Positions 38,660 through 48,969 of a DNA stretch of 64,000 nucleotides are shown here, piece after piece. A model generated the notes under the pieces. The model ran no database searches and was not told the DNA's origin. It saw nothing but the letters and a program-made list of their open reading frames with translations. How positions within the stretch are numbered: the stretch's first letter is position 1; each line of letters opens with the position of its first letter. Made by a program: the position numbers and the translations under genes. Source of the stretch: Candidatus Bathyarchaeota archaeon (GTDB taxonomy: Archaea > Thermoproteota > Bathyarchaeia > Bathyarchaeales > Bathycorpusculaceae); assembly GCA_963815095.1 (NCBI GenBank), contig CAWFFH010000003.1, positions 1,088,001 to 1,152,000 on the forward strand. Reading direction: 5' to 3'.

Positions 38660-39148
38660 ATGGCGCAGAAAATAGAAGAATGCAAACCTCTCGTCGTAGT
38701 ACGAATCCGTGGACTCGTTAGTGCTCAGCGCGAAGCCAGAGAAACCCTTGACCTACTCAATCTAAACCACACCAATCACGCTATCATAATCGACAGCCGA
38801 CCATCCTACAAAGGTATGCTTCAACGCGTAAACAGCTACGTCACCTACGGGGAACCCACAACAGAAACCGTAACTATGATGCTACAAAAACGCGCGCTCC
38901 TTGCAGGCGACAAAAAACTAACTGAAGAATACCTTACAAAAATAGGCTACAAATCTTTCGCGGACCTCGCAGAAGCCATAGTTGCCTGCAAAGTGCAATA
39001 CGGCAAACTTCCAGACATACAAGCACGTTTCCGACTGCATCCACCAAGCAAAGGCTACAAGGGCAAAACCAAAAAAGGCTTCAAAGCAGGTGGCGAAGCT
39101 GGCTACCGCGGAGAAGCAATCAACGCATTAGTCCAACGCATGGTCTAA
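38660..39148 (+). CDS. rpl30: 50S ribosomal protein L30 (uL30)
   Basis: VVRIRG, FRLHPPSKG, GYRGEAIN. Confidence 0.95.
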   Translation: MAQKIEECKPLVVVRIRGLVSAQREARETLDLLNLNHTNHAIIIDSRPSYKGMLQRVNSYVTYGEPTTETVTMMLQKRALLAGDKKLTEEYLTKIGYKSFADLAEAIVACKVQYGKLPDIQARFRLHPPSKGYKGKTKKGFKAGGEAGYRGEAINALVQRMV

Positions 39149-39657
39149 ACAACAAATACGCTCAATTATTTTTTGTTTTGTTTAATTCTTAATTGGTTTA
39201 AAAGTTATTTTGTTAAATTATTTCTAAAGCAGATTGTAATATAGTTCGTTATCATAATTGTTTTATCCAATAATGATTATTTAACTTTCGAGATCTTTTC
39301 TTGTTTATGCTCTAATATTTTTATAAATTTGTTAAGTTTTTGTGAAGTATTTTGTTTAGCAATGTAATTTTTCAAATCCATGTAGTATATTTAGTTCATA
39401 TAGTCTCTATCCAGAAGTTAACGAAGTGGATCATTTTGTTTATTTTTCCAGACATTAATAAATTGAAAACCATAAATCACTGAATTGCCCATTATTTTTC
39501 ACAAAATCAGCCTGCTTCCGCCGGCGTATCACCGTGCAATCGCTGTTTTCATTGATATTTTGCTTATTGTCGGTTAGGGGATTTGTCACCGTTTATGTGC
39601 GATACGTTTTATAACATCCTTAGAGAGATGCGTTAGTCAATTGGAGGGGCAAGATAC

Positions 39658-40101
39658 ATGAGTGCAAGATGGAGAAGAAGCAGTAAGAAACGCAAGTGGC
39701 TTGATTTTAACGAGTTTAAGGACAAGAAACCTGTAGTAACCCAGAAAACTCGACGGTTAAAAAACATGCCTGCACATACAAGTTTTCGCCCATCCAAAAG
39801 CTTTATCAAACGCAACTTAGCTGAACAAAAACCTTTAATTGACATCTTCCAAGAAAACAACACAATTACTATAGTTGCTGAAATAGTAGGCTTTAATAAG
39901 GAATCTCTCAAGATAAATGTGAAAGATCAGAAAATTACGCTGTCGGCAAAGTCAAAAGACCGAAGATACTATAAAAGTTTAAATCTTCCGACGGTAGTGA
40001 TTCCAAACGCAATGCACACCAAATTTAAGAATGGCGTGCTCGAAATCAAGCTTAAAAAAGCTGAAACAATCGATAAAGAAGCGGATCAAAATGCCACATA
40101 A
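39658..40101 (+). CDS. Hsp20/alpha-crystallin-domain protein with basic N-terminus
   Basis: PLIDIF...YYKSLNLP...FKNGVLEIKLKK, similar to the Hsp20 at 19835. Confidence 0.8.
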   Translation: MSARWRRSSKKRKWLDFNEFKDKKPVVTQKTRRLKNMPAHTSFRPSKSFIKRNLAEQKPLIDIFQENNTITIVAEIVGFNKESLKINVKDQKITLSAKSKDRRYYKSLNLPTVVIPNAMHTKFKNGVLEIKLKKAETIDKEADQNAT

Positions 40102-40501
40102 ACTAAGAAAAATCAGAAAAACAAGAGGCTCAAGAACACAAGGTTACGGAAGAATAGGTCAACACCGAGACAGCGGCAGTAAAGGCGCCCGAAAAGTTGG
40201 ACGCCACAAACACCTGTGGAGTCTAGTTGTTACTTCTGAACCCAACTACTTCGGAAAACACGGATTTACGTCACCACAAAGCCTACACACTAAAACAAAC
40301 ACAATTAACCTAATCAAACTTGACCAATTAGCTCAAGGCTCCGAAATCGACCTAACCGATCTTGGCTACACCAAACTCTTAGGCACAGGAAAAATCAGCA
40401 AACCCCTGACTATAAAAGTAGCGTCATTCTCAAAATCTGCACAAGAAAAAGTCACCCAAGCCGGCGGAAAAATCGTAGCTCCCCAAACCCACGGAGAGTA
40501 A
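40091..40501 (+). CDS. rpl15: 50S ribosomal protein L15
   Basis: RGSRTQGYG, FGKHGF, KLLGTG, AGGKI. Confidence 0.95.
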   Translation: MPHKLRKIRKTRGSRTQGYGRIGQHRDSGSKGARKVGRHKHLWSLVVTSEPNYFGKHGFTSPQSLHTKTNTINLIKLDQLAQGSEIDLTDLGYTKLLGTGKISKPLTIKVASFSKSAQEKVTQAGGKIVAPQTHGE

Positions 40502-40510
40502 AACTGCTAA

Positions 40511-41929
40511 ATGCCCGGAAGATTTCTCAGCCTCTTCAAACCAATAGGCAGAGTTTTACCTGAAATAAAAAAGCCTGAACGCAAAGTAAGCTTTAATGAA
40601 AAAATCTTCTGGACTGCACTCGTTCTTATTATTTTCCTTGTCATGACTGAAATCCCGCTTTTTGGGATTGAAAAAGCAGCCTCTGATAGTTTTGGTCAAT
40701 TAAGAGTTATTTTTGCTTCCAACCGCGGCACCTTGATGGAGCTGGGTATCGGTCCAATTGTTACTGCTGGATTAATTCTCCAATTGCTCGCAGGATCCTC
40801 AATTATTAAATGTGACATGTCAAACTCTGAGGATAGAGGACTTTTCACTTCAGCAAGCAAAGTCTTTAGCATTGTATTAACCGGCATCCAAGCTGGCGCA
40901 TACATTTTAAGCGGCATGTATGGTACGACCCTAGCTGGACCCACAATTATAGTAATTTTCCTGCAACTCCTTTTCGCAGGCATAATCGTAATGTTAATGG
41001 ATGAACTCGTCCAAAAAGGATGGGGATTAGGCAGCGGAATCAGCCTATTCATCATGGCAGGCGTTGCCCAAAACGTCTTATGGTCAACCTTCTCGCCGCC
41101 CACAGGATTATTCGTTGGTTCTCTCTCAGCCTATTTAGGCGGTTCACAAACTTTAGTTCAATGGTCCTTTGGCAGTGCTTCAGGGGTTTACCCGTCCCTG
41201 CTAGGCTTCTTTGCCACTATTGCCGTTTTCTTGATTGTCATTTATTTGCAAGGCGTAAGAATTGAGCTTCCAATGAGCTACGCTGGGTACAAAGGCTTCC
41301 GAAGCAGATACCCAATTAAACTCCTTTATGTCTCAAACCTGCCAGTTATCTTTGCATCAGCCCTATTCGCAAACGTTTACTTCTTCAGTCAACTACTTTG
41401 GAGTCAATTTGGACGACCTGCGCCAGGAACGAATTTGTTCTTCCAATTTATAGGTGATTACAGCTATAACGCAACATCAGGAGCTGTTACAAACGTAGGG
41501 GGCTTAGCATATTATGTTACTGCACCACGAAACATTCAAACCGTAATAGCTGCGCCAGTGCAAGCTTTCGCATACTTAGGTGTCATAATAATTTTCTGTG
41601 CCGTCTTCTCATTGATTTGGCTTGAAGTCGGCGGTTTAGGACCTTCAAAAGTCGCACAGCAACTCATGGACAGCGGCATGCAAATTCCAGGTTACCGTCG
41701 CTCAGGACGACCCATCGAAGCCATCCTCAAACGTTACATACCTGTAGTTACAGTTTTAGGAGGTATTATCGTTGGGCTTGTGGCTGGGGTCTCCGACTTC
41801 TTTGGTGCCTTCGGTTCAGGTACGGGTATCTTGCTGTCAGTAGGCATCATCTACCAGTACTACGAACTGCTGATGCGTGAACGCGCCGCAGAGATGTTCC
41901 CAGCGTTCAGAAGAATCCTGGGCGAATAG
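40511..41929 (+). CDS. secY: Preprotein translocase SecY
   Basis: TLMELGIGPIVTAG, GLGSGISLFI, YPIKLLYVSNLP, GTGILL. Confidence 0.97.
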   Translation: MPGRFLSLFKPIGRVLPEIKKPERKVSFNEKIFWTALVLIIFLVMTEIPLFGIEKAASDSFGQLRVIFASNRGTLMELGIGPIVTAGLILQLLAGSSIIKCDMSNSEDRGLFTSASKVFSIVLTGIQAGAYILSGMYGTTLAGPTIIVIFLQLLFAGIIVMLMDELVQKGWGLGSGISLFIMAGVAQNVLWSTFSPPTGLFVGSLSAYLGGSQTLVQWSFGSASGVYPSLLGFFATIAVFLIVIYLQGVRIELPMSYAGYKGFRSRYPIKLLYVSNLPVIFASALFANVYFFSQLLWSQFGRPAPGTNLFFQFIGDYSYNATSGAVTNVGGLAYYVTAPRNIQTVIAAPVQAFAYLGVIIIFCAVFSLIWLEVGGLGPSKVAQQLMDSGMQIPGYRRSGRPIEAILKRYIPVVTVLGGIIVGLVAGVSDFFGAFGSGTGILLSVGIIYQYYELLMRERAAEMFPAFRRILGE

Positions 41930-41936
41930 CATAAAC

Positions 41937-41978
41937 AACGCTGACCAGTAAGTTGGCGTTTGCCTCTCTTTCTTTCTT
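41937..41978 (+). terminator. Hairpin plus pyrimidine tract after secY
   Basis: AACGCTGAC/GTTGGCGTT stem (2 G-U pairs) followed by CCTCTCTTTCTTTCTT. Confidence 0.5.
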
Positions 41979-42301
41979 AATTAAGTCTACTTAATTTCAA
42001 CCGGTTGTAACTCAGCAACCAAAGAATCACTGGATTCACGACTTTTCCCGACTTTAAAGCGTAGATTCGGGTAAATGACGGATGGTGTTTTGGGCGCATT
42101 TCATTTTCTTAAACGCTAATTTTCGTTATTATGCTCATTTTTTGGTCGGCTCATTTCGTATGCTTTGATAGGTCTTCTTAGTTTAGAGGAAAGTGGCTTC
42201 TTTACCCAAATCTTATAAACAATATGAAACAAAAATTGAAAGATTGAACAGGTTGCACATGCTTCCTGTTCAACCAACAAATTGAAAAAGGAGAAAAGAA
42301 C

Positions 42302-44965
42302 TTGAGCATTCTAAAAAATCGAAAAATAGCTATCGTGACTATAACTGTACTAATATTAGCAATGAGCACGTCTATGATGCTGATTCCGCAGACTAAAGCG
42401 CACACGCCGGCATGGCACTGGGTTTCATACCCCTACATAGTTGCTTCGCCGAACCCTGTCGGTGTCGGCCAGACAGTAGCTGTCGTCTTCTGGATTGATG
42501 ATCCATTGCCAGGAGCAACAGTTTCAAACGACATACGACGCCACGACTATACCTTAACGATCACTGATCCTGATGGACAAGTACAAACTCAAAATTGGCC
42601 CGTTCTCAGCGACTCAACTGGCATGCAGTACTATCAATATACACCTGAAAAAGTAGGCAACTACACAATCAAATTCAACTATCCAGACCAAATCTACACG
42701 TGGCCTTCCTCTGCATCAATGAACTACACTGGCGACGTTTGGCTTGGCGCAAGCAAAACTATCACGTTGGAAGTGCAACAAGAACCGATTGCGGCAGCAA
42801 GAGACAGCTATCCAATGCCAACTGAATACTGGACACGACCCATCGAAGGCGAAAACACCTACTGGTACTCTATCGCGTCGAACTGGCTAGGCACACCATA
42901 CGTTATCGGTGCAGGTGCAGGCTACGGGATTCCAGGTGCAGTTCAACCTGACGGCTCAGCACCCAACAGTGCACACGTAATGTGGACTAAGCCAATTCAG
43001 TGGGGTGGAGTAGTCGGAGGAAACAACACAGCGTACCCAGGCGAAATGTACTACGGCGGCTTATCCTACAATACACGCTTCGGCAACCCAATCATCATGC
43101 AAGGCATTCTCTACTACCAAGAACCATGGGGTAACGCAGGCGGAAGCGGCGGCTTATTCGGCACAGGCGGAGACTACGTTGCAGTAGACATACAAACCGG
43201 ACAAGAAGTCTGGCGCATAAACCCCGCGGCAACAGGCACAATGCTCGTACCATCCTTCGGCTACCTATATTCATATGAAGACCCCAACCAACATGGAGTA
43301 CTTCCAAACGGCATTCTAATCGCATCCTACCGACTTACTGGATACAACACATGTTGGGCAGCATATGACGCAAGAACCGGCAAACTTCTAACCATGAACT
43401 TCACTAACATACCCACAGGTGTTGCAGCTAAAGGACCATCAGGCGAATACCTAATATACACTCTGACAAACTATGGCACAACATCGTCACCAAACTGGTA
43501 TCTGGCACAATGGAATTCCTCTAGGGTCTTCGGCGGACAAGCAGGCGGAATGATGGGCGCTGGCAACTGGTTCACTATGACTGGATTTGCATGGGCTAAT
43601 GCGACAACCGCTTACGATTGGAACGTATCCATGCCAAACCTTAAAGGAACCTGGAGCGTCGGTGTAGCCAGCTTAGGATCCATTCCTCTGGTTAACCCAG
43701 GCGACAAACTACTGTTGGTCCAAGGAACCTTCGGCGGACACCCAATGGACTACTACGCAACAATATCATTGGATAACGCAAACATCACAGCTGTAAACCT
43801 CAAGACAGGCATGGTCGGTCAAACACTCTGGACAAACACGTATACACCAGCACCAGGCAACAATACACGACTCATCACTGATTGGGATCCAGTTAACGGG
43901 GTCTTCGTGTTCTGCGACAAAGAAGACATGGTTCACTATGGTTGCAGTCTAGCAGACGGCAACAAATTATGGGGACCAACCGTTCTCACCAATGACTTCA
44001 CCACAGACTACAATTACATGGCTATCGGCTTGGAAAGAATAGCTTATGGCAAACTTTTCTTCACAGGCTACAGCGGCATCCTATACGCATATGACGACAA
44101 AACTGGCGACCTACTGTGGACTTATGGCAATGGCGACGCAGGCAACAGCACACTCAGCGGATTTGAAACACCATACGGACGTTACCCAACATTCATCAGC
44201 GTCATCGCAGACGGAAAAGTCTACTTAGACACAACAGAACACTCACCCAACTCTCCACTCTACAAAGACGCACAATTCCGCTGTATCAACGCCACTGACG
44301 GAACTGAACTCTTCAAGGTACTAGACTACGGAAACCAAATGTACGGCGGCCAAGCAGCAGTTGCAGACGGCTACCTAACAACGCTCAACTCCTATGACGC
44401 GCAAATCTACTGCTACGGCAAAGGCCCGAGCGCTTTAACTGTTACAGCGCCAGACTTAGCAGCAGCAGCAGGACAAGCAGTAGTCATACGGGGCACAGTC
44501 ACCGATGTCGCAGCAGGAACACAGCAAACTGAACAAAAAGGGCGTTTCCCCACAGGTGTACCCGCAGTCTCTGACGCAAGCCAAAGCGCGTGGATGGAAT
44601 ACGTCTACATGCAGAAGCCCCGTCCAACCGACGTAACAGGTGTACCCGTCTCAATCGACGTGATGGATTCTAATGGCAACTTCCGCAACATCGGAACAGT
44701 AACAAGCGACGCAAACGGCGTATTCAGCTTAACTTGGCAACCAGACATTGACGGTTCATACACAGTAATCGCTTCGTTTGCAGGTTCAGAATCCTACTAT
44801 CAATCGCATGCTGAGACATCCTTCGCAGTTTCGGCTGCAACACCAACAGCATCACCGTCCCCAGTGACCAACGCTCCATCAACTGACATGTCCTTTACAG
44901 CTTCAACAATCGCCATAATCATCGCAATCGCGATAGCAACAATTATCATCATCAAGAGAAAATAA
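42302..44965 (+). CDS. Secreted PQQ-binding-like beta-propeller surface protein with C-terminal TM anchor
   Basis: Signal peptide; AVDIQTGQEVW, YAYDDKTGDLLW, CINATDGTEL repeats; P/T/S linker, hydrophobic tail and KRK. Confidence 0.8.
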   Translation: MSILKNRKIAIVTITVLILAMSTSMMLIPQTKAHTPAWHWVSYPYIVASPNPVGVGQTVAVVFWIDDPLPGATVSNDIRRHDYTLTITDPDGQVQTQNWPVLSDSTGMQYYQYTPEKVGNYTIKFNYPDQIYTWPSSASMNYTGDVWLGASKTITLEVQQEPIAAARDSYPMPTEYWTRPIEGENTYWYSIASNWLGTPYVIGAGAGYGIPGAVQPDGSAPNSAHVMWTKPIQWGGVVGGNNTAYPGEMYYGGLSYNTRFGNPIIMQGILYYQEPWGNAGGSGGLFGTGGDYVAVDIQTGQEVWRINPAATGTMLVPSFGYLYSYEDPNQHGVLPNGILIASYRLTGYNTCWAAYDARTGKLLTMNFTNIPTGVAAKGPSGEYLIYTLTNYGTTSSPNWYLAQWNSSRVFGGQAGGMMGAGNWFTMTGFAWANATTAYDWNVSMPNLKGTWSVGVASLGSIPLVNPGDKLLLVQGTFGGHPMDYYATISLDNANITAVNLKTGMVGQTLWTNTYTPAPGNNTRLITDWDPVNGVFVFCDKEDMVHYGCSLADGNKLWGPTVLTNDFTTDYNYMAIGLERIAYGKLFFTGYSGILYAYDDKTGDLLWTYGNGDAGNSTLSGFETPYGRYPTFISVIADGKVYLDTTEHSPNSPLYKDAQFRCINATDGTELFKVLDYGNQMYGGQAAVADGYLTTLNSYDAQIYCYGKGPSALTVTAPDLAAAAGQAVVIRGTVTDVAAGTQQTEQKGRFPTGVPAVSDASQSAWMEYVYMQKPRPTDVTGVPVSIDVMDSNGNFRNIGTVTSDANGVFSLTWQPDIDGSYTVIASFAGSESYYQSHAETSFAVSAATPTASPSPVTNAPSTDMSFTASTIAIIIAIAIATIIIIKRK

Positions 44966-45104
44966 AAAAAATCAGCCAAAACAAACCTCTCTTTCTTTTT
45001 TTAATTTTCAAGTTAATCTTTAAATTCCGTTAAATTGTTTATGATGCAATAATATAGTTAATAAATCTCTTCAGAGAGACGCTAATCTGTTAAAGTGGGA
45101 AAAA

Positions 45105-45638
45105 ATGAAGGCTCTTGTACTTTATGGTAGTCGTTGGGGAGGCACAGTTGGTGTAGCTAAAAAAATAGGGATAGTTCTAAAAGAAGAAAGCTACAGCGTT
45201 GATGTTATTGATGCCAAACATAGTCCCAAAAACATAGAATCATACGACCTTGTTATCATTGGAAGTGGCATAAGAGCGGACAAATGGACCAAAGAATCTT
45301 TGGGTTTCATGGAAAAAAACGCAAGTTACTTAAGAACCAAGAAGACGGCTTTATTTGTCAGTTGCCAAATGGCTGACCGCATCGAACCAGAAGTTCGAGA
45401 TAAAGCACAAAAACAATACTTAGAAAAAACGGCTGCACAATACGAATTAAAAACTGTTGCTTACGGTTTTTTTGGAGGGTTCTTAGATTTTAGCCACAGC
45501 CATGGTTTAATTGTAGATATTATGGTTAGAGTTAACAGGAACAGTTTACGCAAAAATGGGTTGGATACTCGTAAAGTGCGAGATACTCGAGATTGGAGTA
45601 TAATAGAGGCTTGGGCGCGAGAGGTAGCTAAAACTTGA
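45105..45638 (+). CDS. Flavodoxin-domain protein (HemG-like family)
   Basis: LYGSRWGGT, YDLVIIGSGI, DTRDWSIIEAW. Confidence 0.8.
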   Translation: MKALVLYGSRWGGTVGVAKKIGIVLKEESYSVDVIDAKHSPKNIESYDLVIIGSGIRADKWTKESLGFMEKNASYLRTKKTALFVSCQMADRIEPEVRDKAQKQYLEKTAAQYELKTVAYGFFGGFLDFSHSHGLIVDIMVRVNRNSLRKNGLDTRKVRDTRDWSIIEAWAREVAKT

Positions 45639-45798
45639 CCTTAACGAGCAAATCTCGCATTTTAGCCATAATTCTTAGGGTTTTTTTGGAAATTTAAATA
45701 TTTTTTGTTAGTTGCTACTTTCAATTCTCCCTAGTAAATAGAAACCGGTATAAAAGTGACAGACAAGGACATTTTCTAACGTTCTTGCCGAGAAACAG

Positions 45799-45881
45799 GT
45801 TGAGAAGACTCGGGGAGAAAAAATGCATAATAATCTGCATATTTTCTTTTCTCCCAACATCCCCTCCTCTCGAGTCTCAAC
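45799..45881. repeat. Long imperfect hairpin in intergenic region
   Basis: GTTGAGA-A-GACTCG/CGAGTCTCAAC, GGGAGAAAA/TTTTCTCCC, ATGCA/TGCAT. Confidence 0.55.
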
Positions 45882-46009
45882 AACCCCCAAATGTTTTTCT
45901 TTAAAATTAAAGAACGATTTCGTGACCTATTTAGAGTCTAAATAAGTGAAAATGGTTATTAACAAGAAACATGTACGCTTAGACTTAGAGCGGTTAAGAG
46001 GAAAATATA

Positions 46010-46525
46010 ATGTCTATCGATCTCCTGGCAACACTAGCAATCATGGGAATTGCAGCTGGAATTGCTTTCTTAAACTCTGGCATAAACAGGGTTTTAATCA
46101 ACTACTTCATCGGCTGGGAACAATACCGCGTCATGCAGAAAGAAATGGCTGAATATCGTTCAGAAACAATGGCGGCCATGCGTGCGAACGATAAAAAACA
46201 AGTTGAAAAACTCAAAAAGAAAGATTCACAGATAAAAAATATGCAAGCAAAAATGATGAAACCTCAAATTGTCCAGTTCGGAATATCTTTTGTTTACCTT
46301 ATTGTTTGGTTTTTAGTGTTAACGCCTACTTTTCATAATGCTCCTATGGCTTTGATTCCTGGCATTGGTACAATTGCTAATGCTCAAACAATTACAAATG
46401 GCGTTGCGTTAACAATCCCTAACGCAATTCCAGTGTTCTACTGGTACCCCATCTGCTCTCTTTTCTTTGGCCTACTTTCTTCACGCATAATTGGCATAAT
46501 GCCAATTGAACAAGGACCTATATAG
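46010..46525 (+). CDS. EMC3/TMCO1 (DUF106) family Oxa1-superfamily insertase
   Basis: TM, coiled coil, two TMs; FYWYPICS motif; usual position between secY and cmk. Confidence 0.85.
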   Translation: MSIDLLATLAIMGIAAGIAFLNSGINRVLINYFIGWEQYRVMQKEMAEYRSETMAAMRANDKKQVEKLKKKDSQIKNMQAKMMKPQIVQFGISFVYLIVWFLVLTPTFHNAPMALIPGIGTIANAQTITNGVALTIPNAIPVFYWYPICSLFFGLLSSRIIGIMPIEQGPI

Positions 46526-47160
46526 TGCTGAAAACAGGTGAACGCCAAATGGCTAAACAACAAGAAAACTGCGTTTCCCCCAAAAAAACTGTAATTTGCA
46601 TATCTGGATTGGCTGGAACCGGAAAAAGTACGCTCTCCAAAAAACTCGCTGAGAAATACCAACTGCGATACTTTTCTGGCGGAGACGTTTTGAAAGAGTT
46701 GGCCCAGCAAGAGGGTTACGATGTGTCTATTCAGGGGTGGTGGGAAAGTCCGGCAGGCTTAAAATTTCTTAGCGAGCGAGCAAACGACCCTAAATTTGAC
46801 AAGGCTGTTGATGATAAGCTTTTAGAGCATGCTCAGCAAGGAAACGTTCTTTTGGACAGTTGGACTATGCCTTGGCTATTAAAGGATGGCTTTAAAATCT
46901 GGCTGGAAGCGTCGTTCGAAAGAAGAGCTGCAAGAGTTGCCGTTAGAGATGGGTTGACTGTTGCTGAAGCTTTTGATGTGTTGAAGGAAAAAGAGGCGCG
47001 GACTAAAGCTATTTACAAAGCGCTGTATGGTTTTGGTTTAGGTGAAGATTTCAAGCCTTTTGACTTCATTTTAGACACTGATAATTTGAGCGCAAATGAA
47101 GTATTCGAGGTCCTGTGCAAAGTAATAGATAACGTGGCTATTTCTTTCGATAGTGTTTAA
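46525..47160 (+). CDS. cmk: Cytidylate kinase (archaeal type)
   Basis: ISGLAGTGKST P-loop, FDKAVD, KIWLEAS...RAARV..RD. Confidence 0.88.
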   Translation: MLKTGERQMAKQQENCVSPKKTVICISGLAGTGKSTLSKKLAEKYQLRYFSGGDVLKELAQQEGYDVSIQGWWESPAGLKFLSERANDPKFDKAVDDKLLEHAQQGNVLLDSWTMPWLLKDGFKIWLEASFERRAARVAVRDGLTVAEAFDVLKEKEARTKAIYKALYGFGLGEDFKPFDFILDTDNLSANEVFEVLCKVIDNVAISFDSV

Positions 47161-47274
47161 TCTTTTGTGAAATAGAACATTCTTCTATAACACAGTTTCA
47201 GCTGATTTAATAACTACAAGCAAGCAAATTAGCCATATGTCGTAAGCATATAACGCGAATGGGCTGGGCTGTAG

Positions 47275-47655
47275 TTGAAGAATTTAAACCGATTAGTAAC
47301 AATTTTCTTAGCAGAAACAATAATTCTAATCCTTATAACGTCCTATCGATTAATCAACAGCAGCCTATGCATCGCCAACCTCTTAATCTTTAATACTTTT
47401 TTTATTACACTATTTTTTCAACTTAACGGCAGTTTCAACCTTAAAATGGGCATATTAGCAGCAGGTAACTTCCTTGGATTACTTTGGAACCTATTTTTCT
47501 ATTACTTCTCTTTAGCAAGTCATAGTATTTTCAATATATCCTTCGATGTTTTCTTTATGATAGTTTATCCCATCTTGAACCTGATGTGGATGGTTCCCTT
47601 TTGGTCGTTGAGCTTGAGTCTTTTACCCAAACTACAACTTTCTAAAACTACTTAA
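47275..47655 (+). CDS. Hypothetical four-TM membrane protein
   Basis: Hydrophobic ORF 13 bp upstream of the GT2 gene. Confidence 0.6.
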   Translation: MKNLNRLVTIFLAETIILILITSYRLINSSLCIANLLIFNTFFITLFFQLNGSFNLKMGILAAGNFLGLLWNLFFYYFSLASHSIFNISFDVFFMIVYPILNLMWMVPFWSLSLSLLPKLQLSKTT

Positions 47656-47668
47656 TGGGGTTTGTGAA

Positions 47669-48946
47669 ATGTTAGTAGAAATAATAAACTTATTTTTCGT
47701 ATTTTCAGCATTAATTATAAGTGCTTATCTTATACGTCACTATTTTTTCACGCTATTCATTCTGCGGAGTCTAAAGAACTTGCCAAAGGAGGAAGTTTCT
47801 AGCCGTGACAATTATGAACCATCGGTTTCAATTCTTATCCCGGCTCATAACGAAGACCAAGTAATTGGCAAACTGCTACAGAAAATGGCTGAACTGTTAT
47901 ATCCGCATAGCAAACTGGAAATTATAATGATAGATGACGCTTCAACTGATAGAACAGGGCAAATCGCAGACGAGATTTCAAAACAATATCCATTCATCAA
48001 AGTGTTGCACAGAACCAGCCAAGAGGGCGGTAAGGGAAAATCTTCGGCTATGAATGCCGGGTTAAAGATAGCAAAAGGCGAAATTGTACTTTGCTTCGAC
48101 GCAGATTATCTCCCACATCCCGATGTAGTTAAGAGACTTGTAAAAAAGTTCGCCGACCCAACCGTCGGTGCCGTTCAGGGCAGACCCGTTGTATTAAATG
48201 AACCACAAAATATCCTAACTCGCATAATCGCTTTAGAACGTATAGGTGGCTACCGAGTCGATCAAGAAGCACGTGATGCTTTAGGTCTTGTGCCGCAATT
48301 TGGTGGTACAGTTGGGGGATTTAGGCGATGCATTGTGGATGAATTTGGTGGTTTTGACGAATCAATGATTACTGAGGACACCGATTTAACTTTCCACATT
48401 TATCTTGCGGGCTATAAAATTCGCTATTGTGGAGACGCAGAATGTTACGAGGAAGCTGTAGACTCTTGGAAGGCTTATTGGCGTCAAAGACACAGATGGG
48501 CAAAAGGACACATGCAAGTTTGTCTTAAACATGAGCTTAAGGTTATTCGAAGCAAGAAAATGAAGTTAAAAGAGAAAATTGATGGCTTGCTTTTATTGAA
48601 CATTTATTTTATGCCGCTTTTGACTATTTTTTCGTTTTTTGCTGGACTTTTGCTCATCTTGACTGGTTCACCAATAATTGAGTACCTTTGGTTAGCGGTG
48701 ATTATATCTTTTTACAGTTTCGTTGGAAATTATGCGCCCTTCTTTGAGATTGGAATAGGTGTGTATTTAGATGACAGAAAACGGGTTCAATGGCTAGCCC
48801 CATTATTGATTTTTTCTTTTATCTATAACATACTTATCTGCGGAAAAGCTTTCTTTGATCTGTTAACAGATAAATTACTACGTCGCAAAAGCAATTGGAA
48901 TAAAACAGAGCATCTAGGAAGGGGAAATCGTTATATTGGGAATTAA
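47669..48946 (+). CDS. Processive GT2 glycosyltransferase (cellulose synthase/PgaC-like)
   Basis: DDASTD, FDAD, TEDTD, QRHRW motifs plus C-terminal TMs. Confidence 0.9.
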   Translation: MLVEIINLFFVFSALIISAYLIRHYFFTLFILRSLKNLPKEEVSSRDNYEPSVSILIPAHNEDQVIGKLLQKMAELLYPHSKLEIIMIDDASTDRTGQIADEISKQYPFIKVLHRTSQEGGKGKSSAMNAGLKIAKGEIVLCFDADYLPHPDVVKRLVKKFADPTVGAVQGRPVVLNEPQNILTRIIALERIGGYRVDQEARDALGLVPQFGGTVGGFRRCIVDEFGGFDESMITEDTDLTFHIYLAGYKIRYCGDAECYEEAVDSWKAYWRQRHRWAKGHMQVCLKHELKVIRSKKMKLKEKIDGLLLLNIYFMPLLTIFSFFAGLLLILTGSPIIEYLWLAVIISFYSFVGNYAPFFEIGIGVYLDDRKRVQWLAPLLIFSFIYNILICGKAFFDLLTDKLLRRKSNWNKTEHLGRGNRYIGN

Positions 48947-48969
48947 GTGATAATGCTTTTTGATATTGA

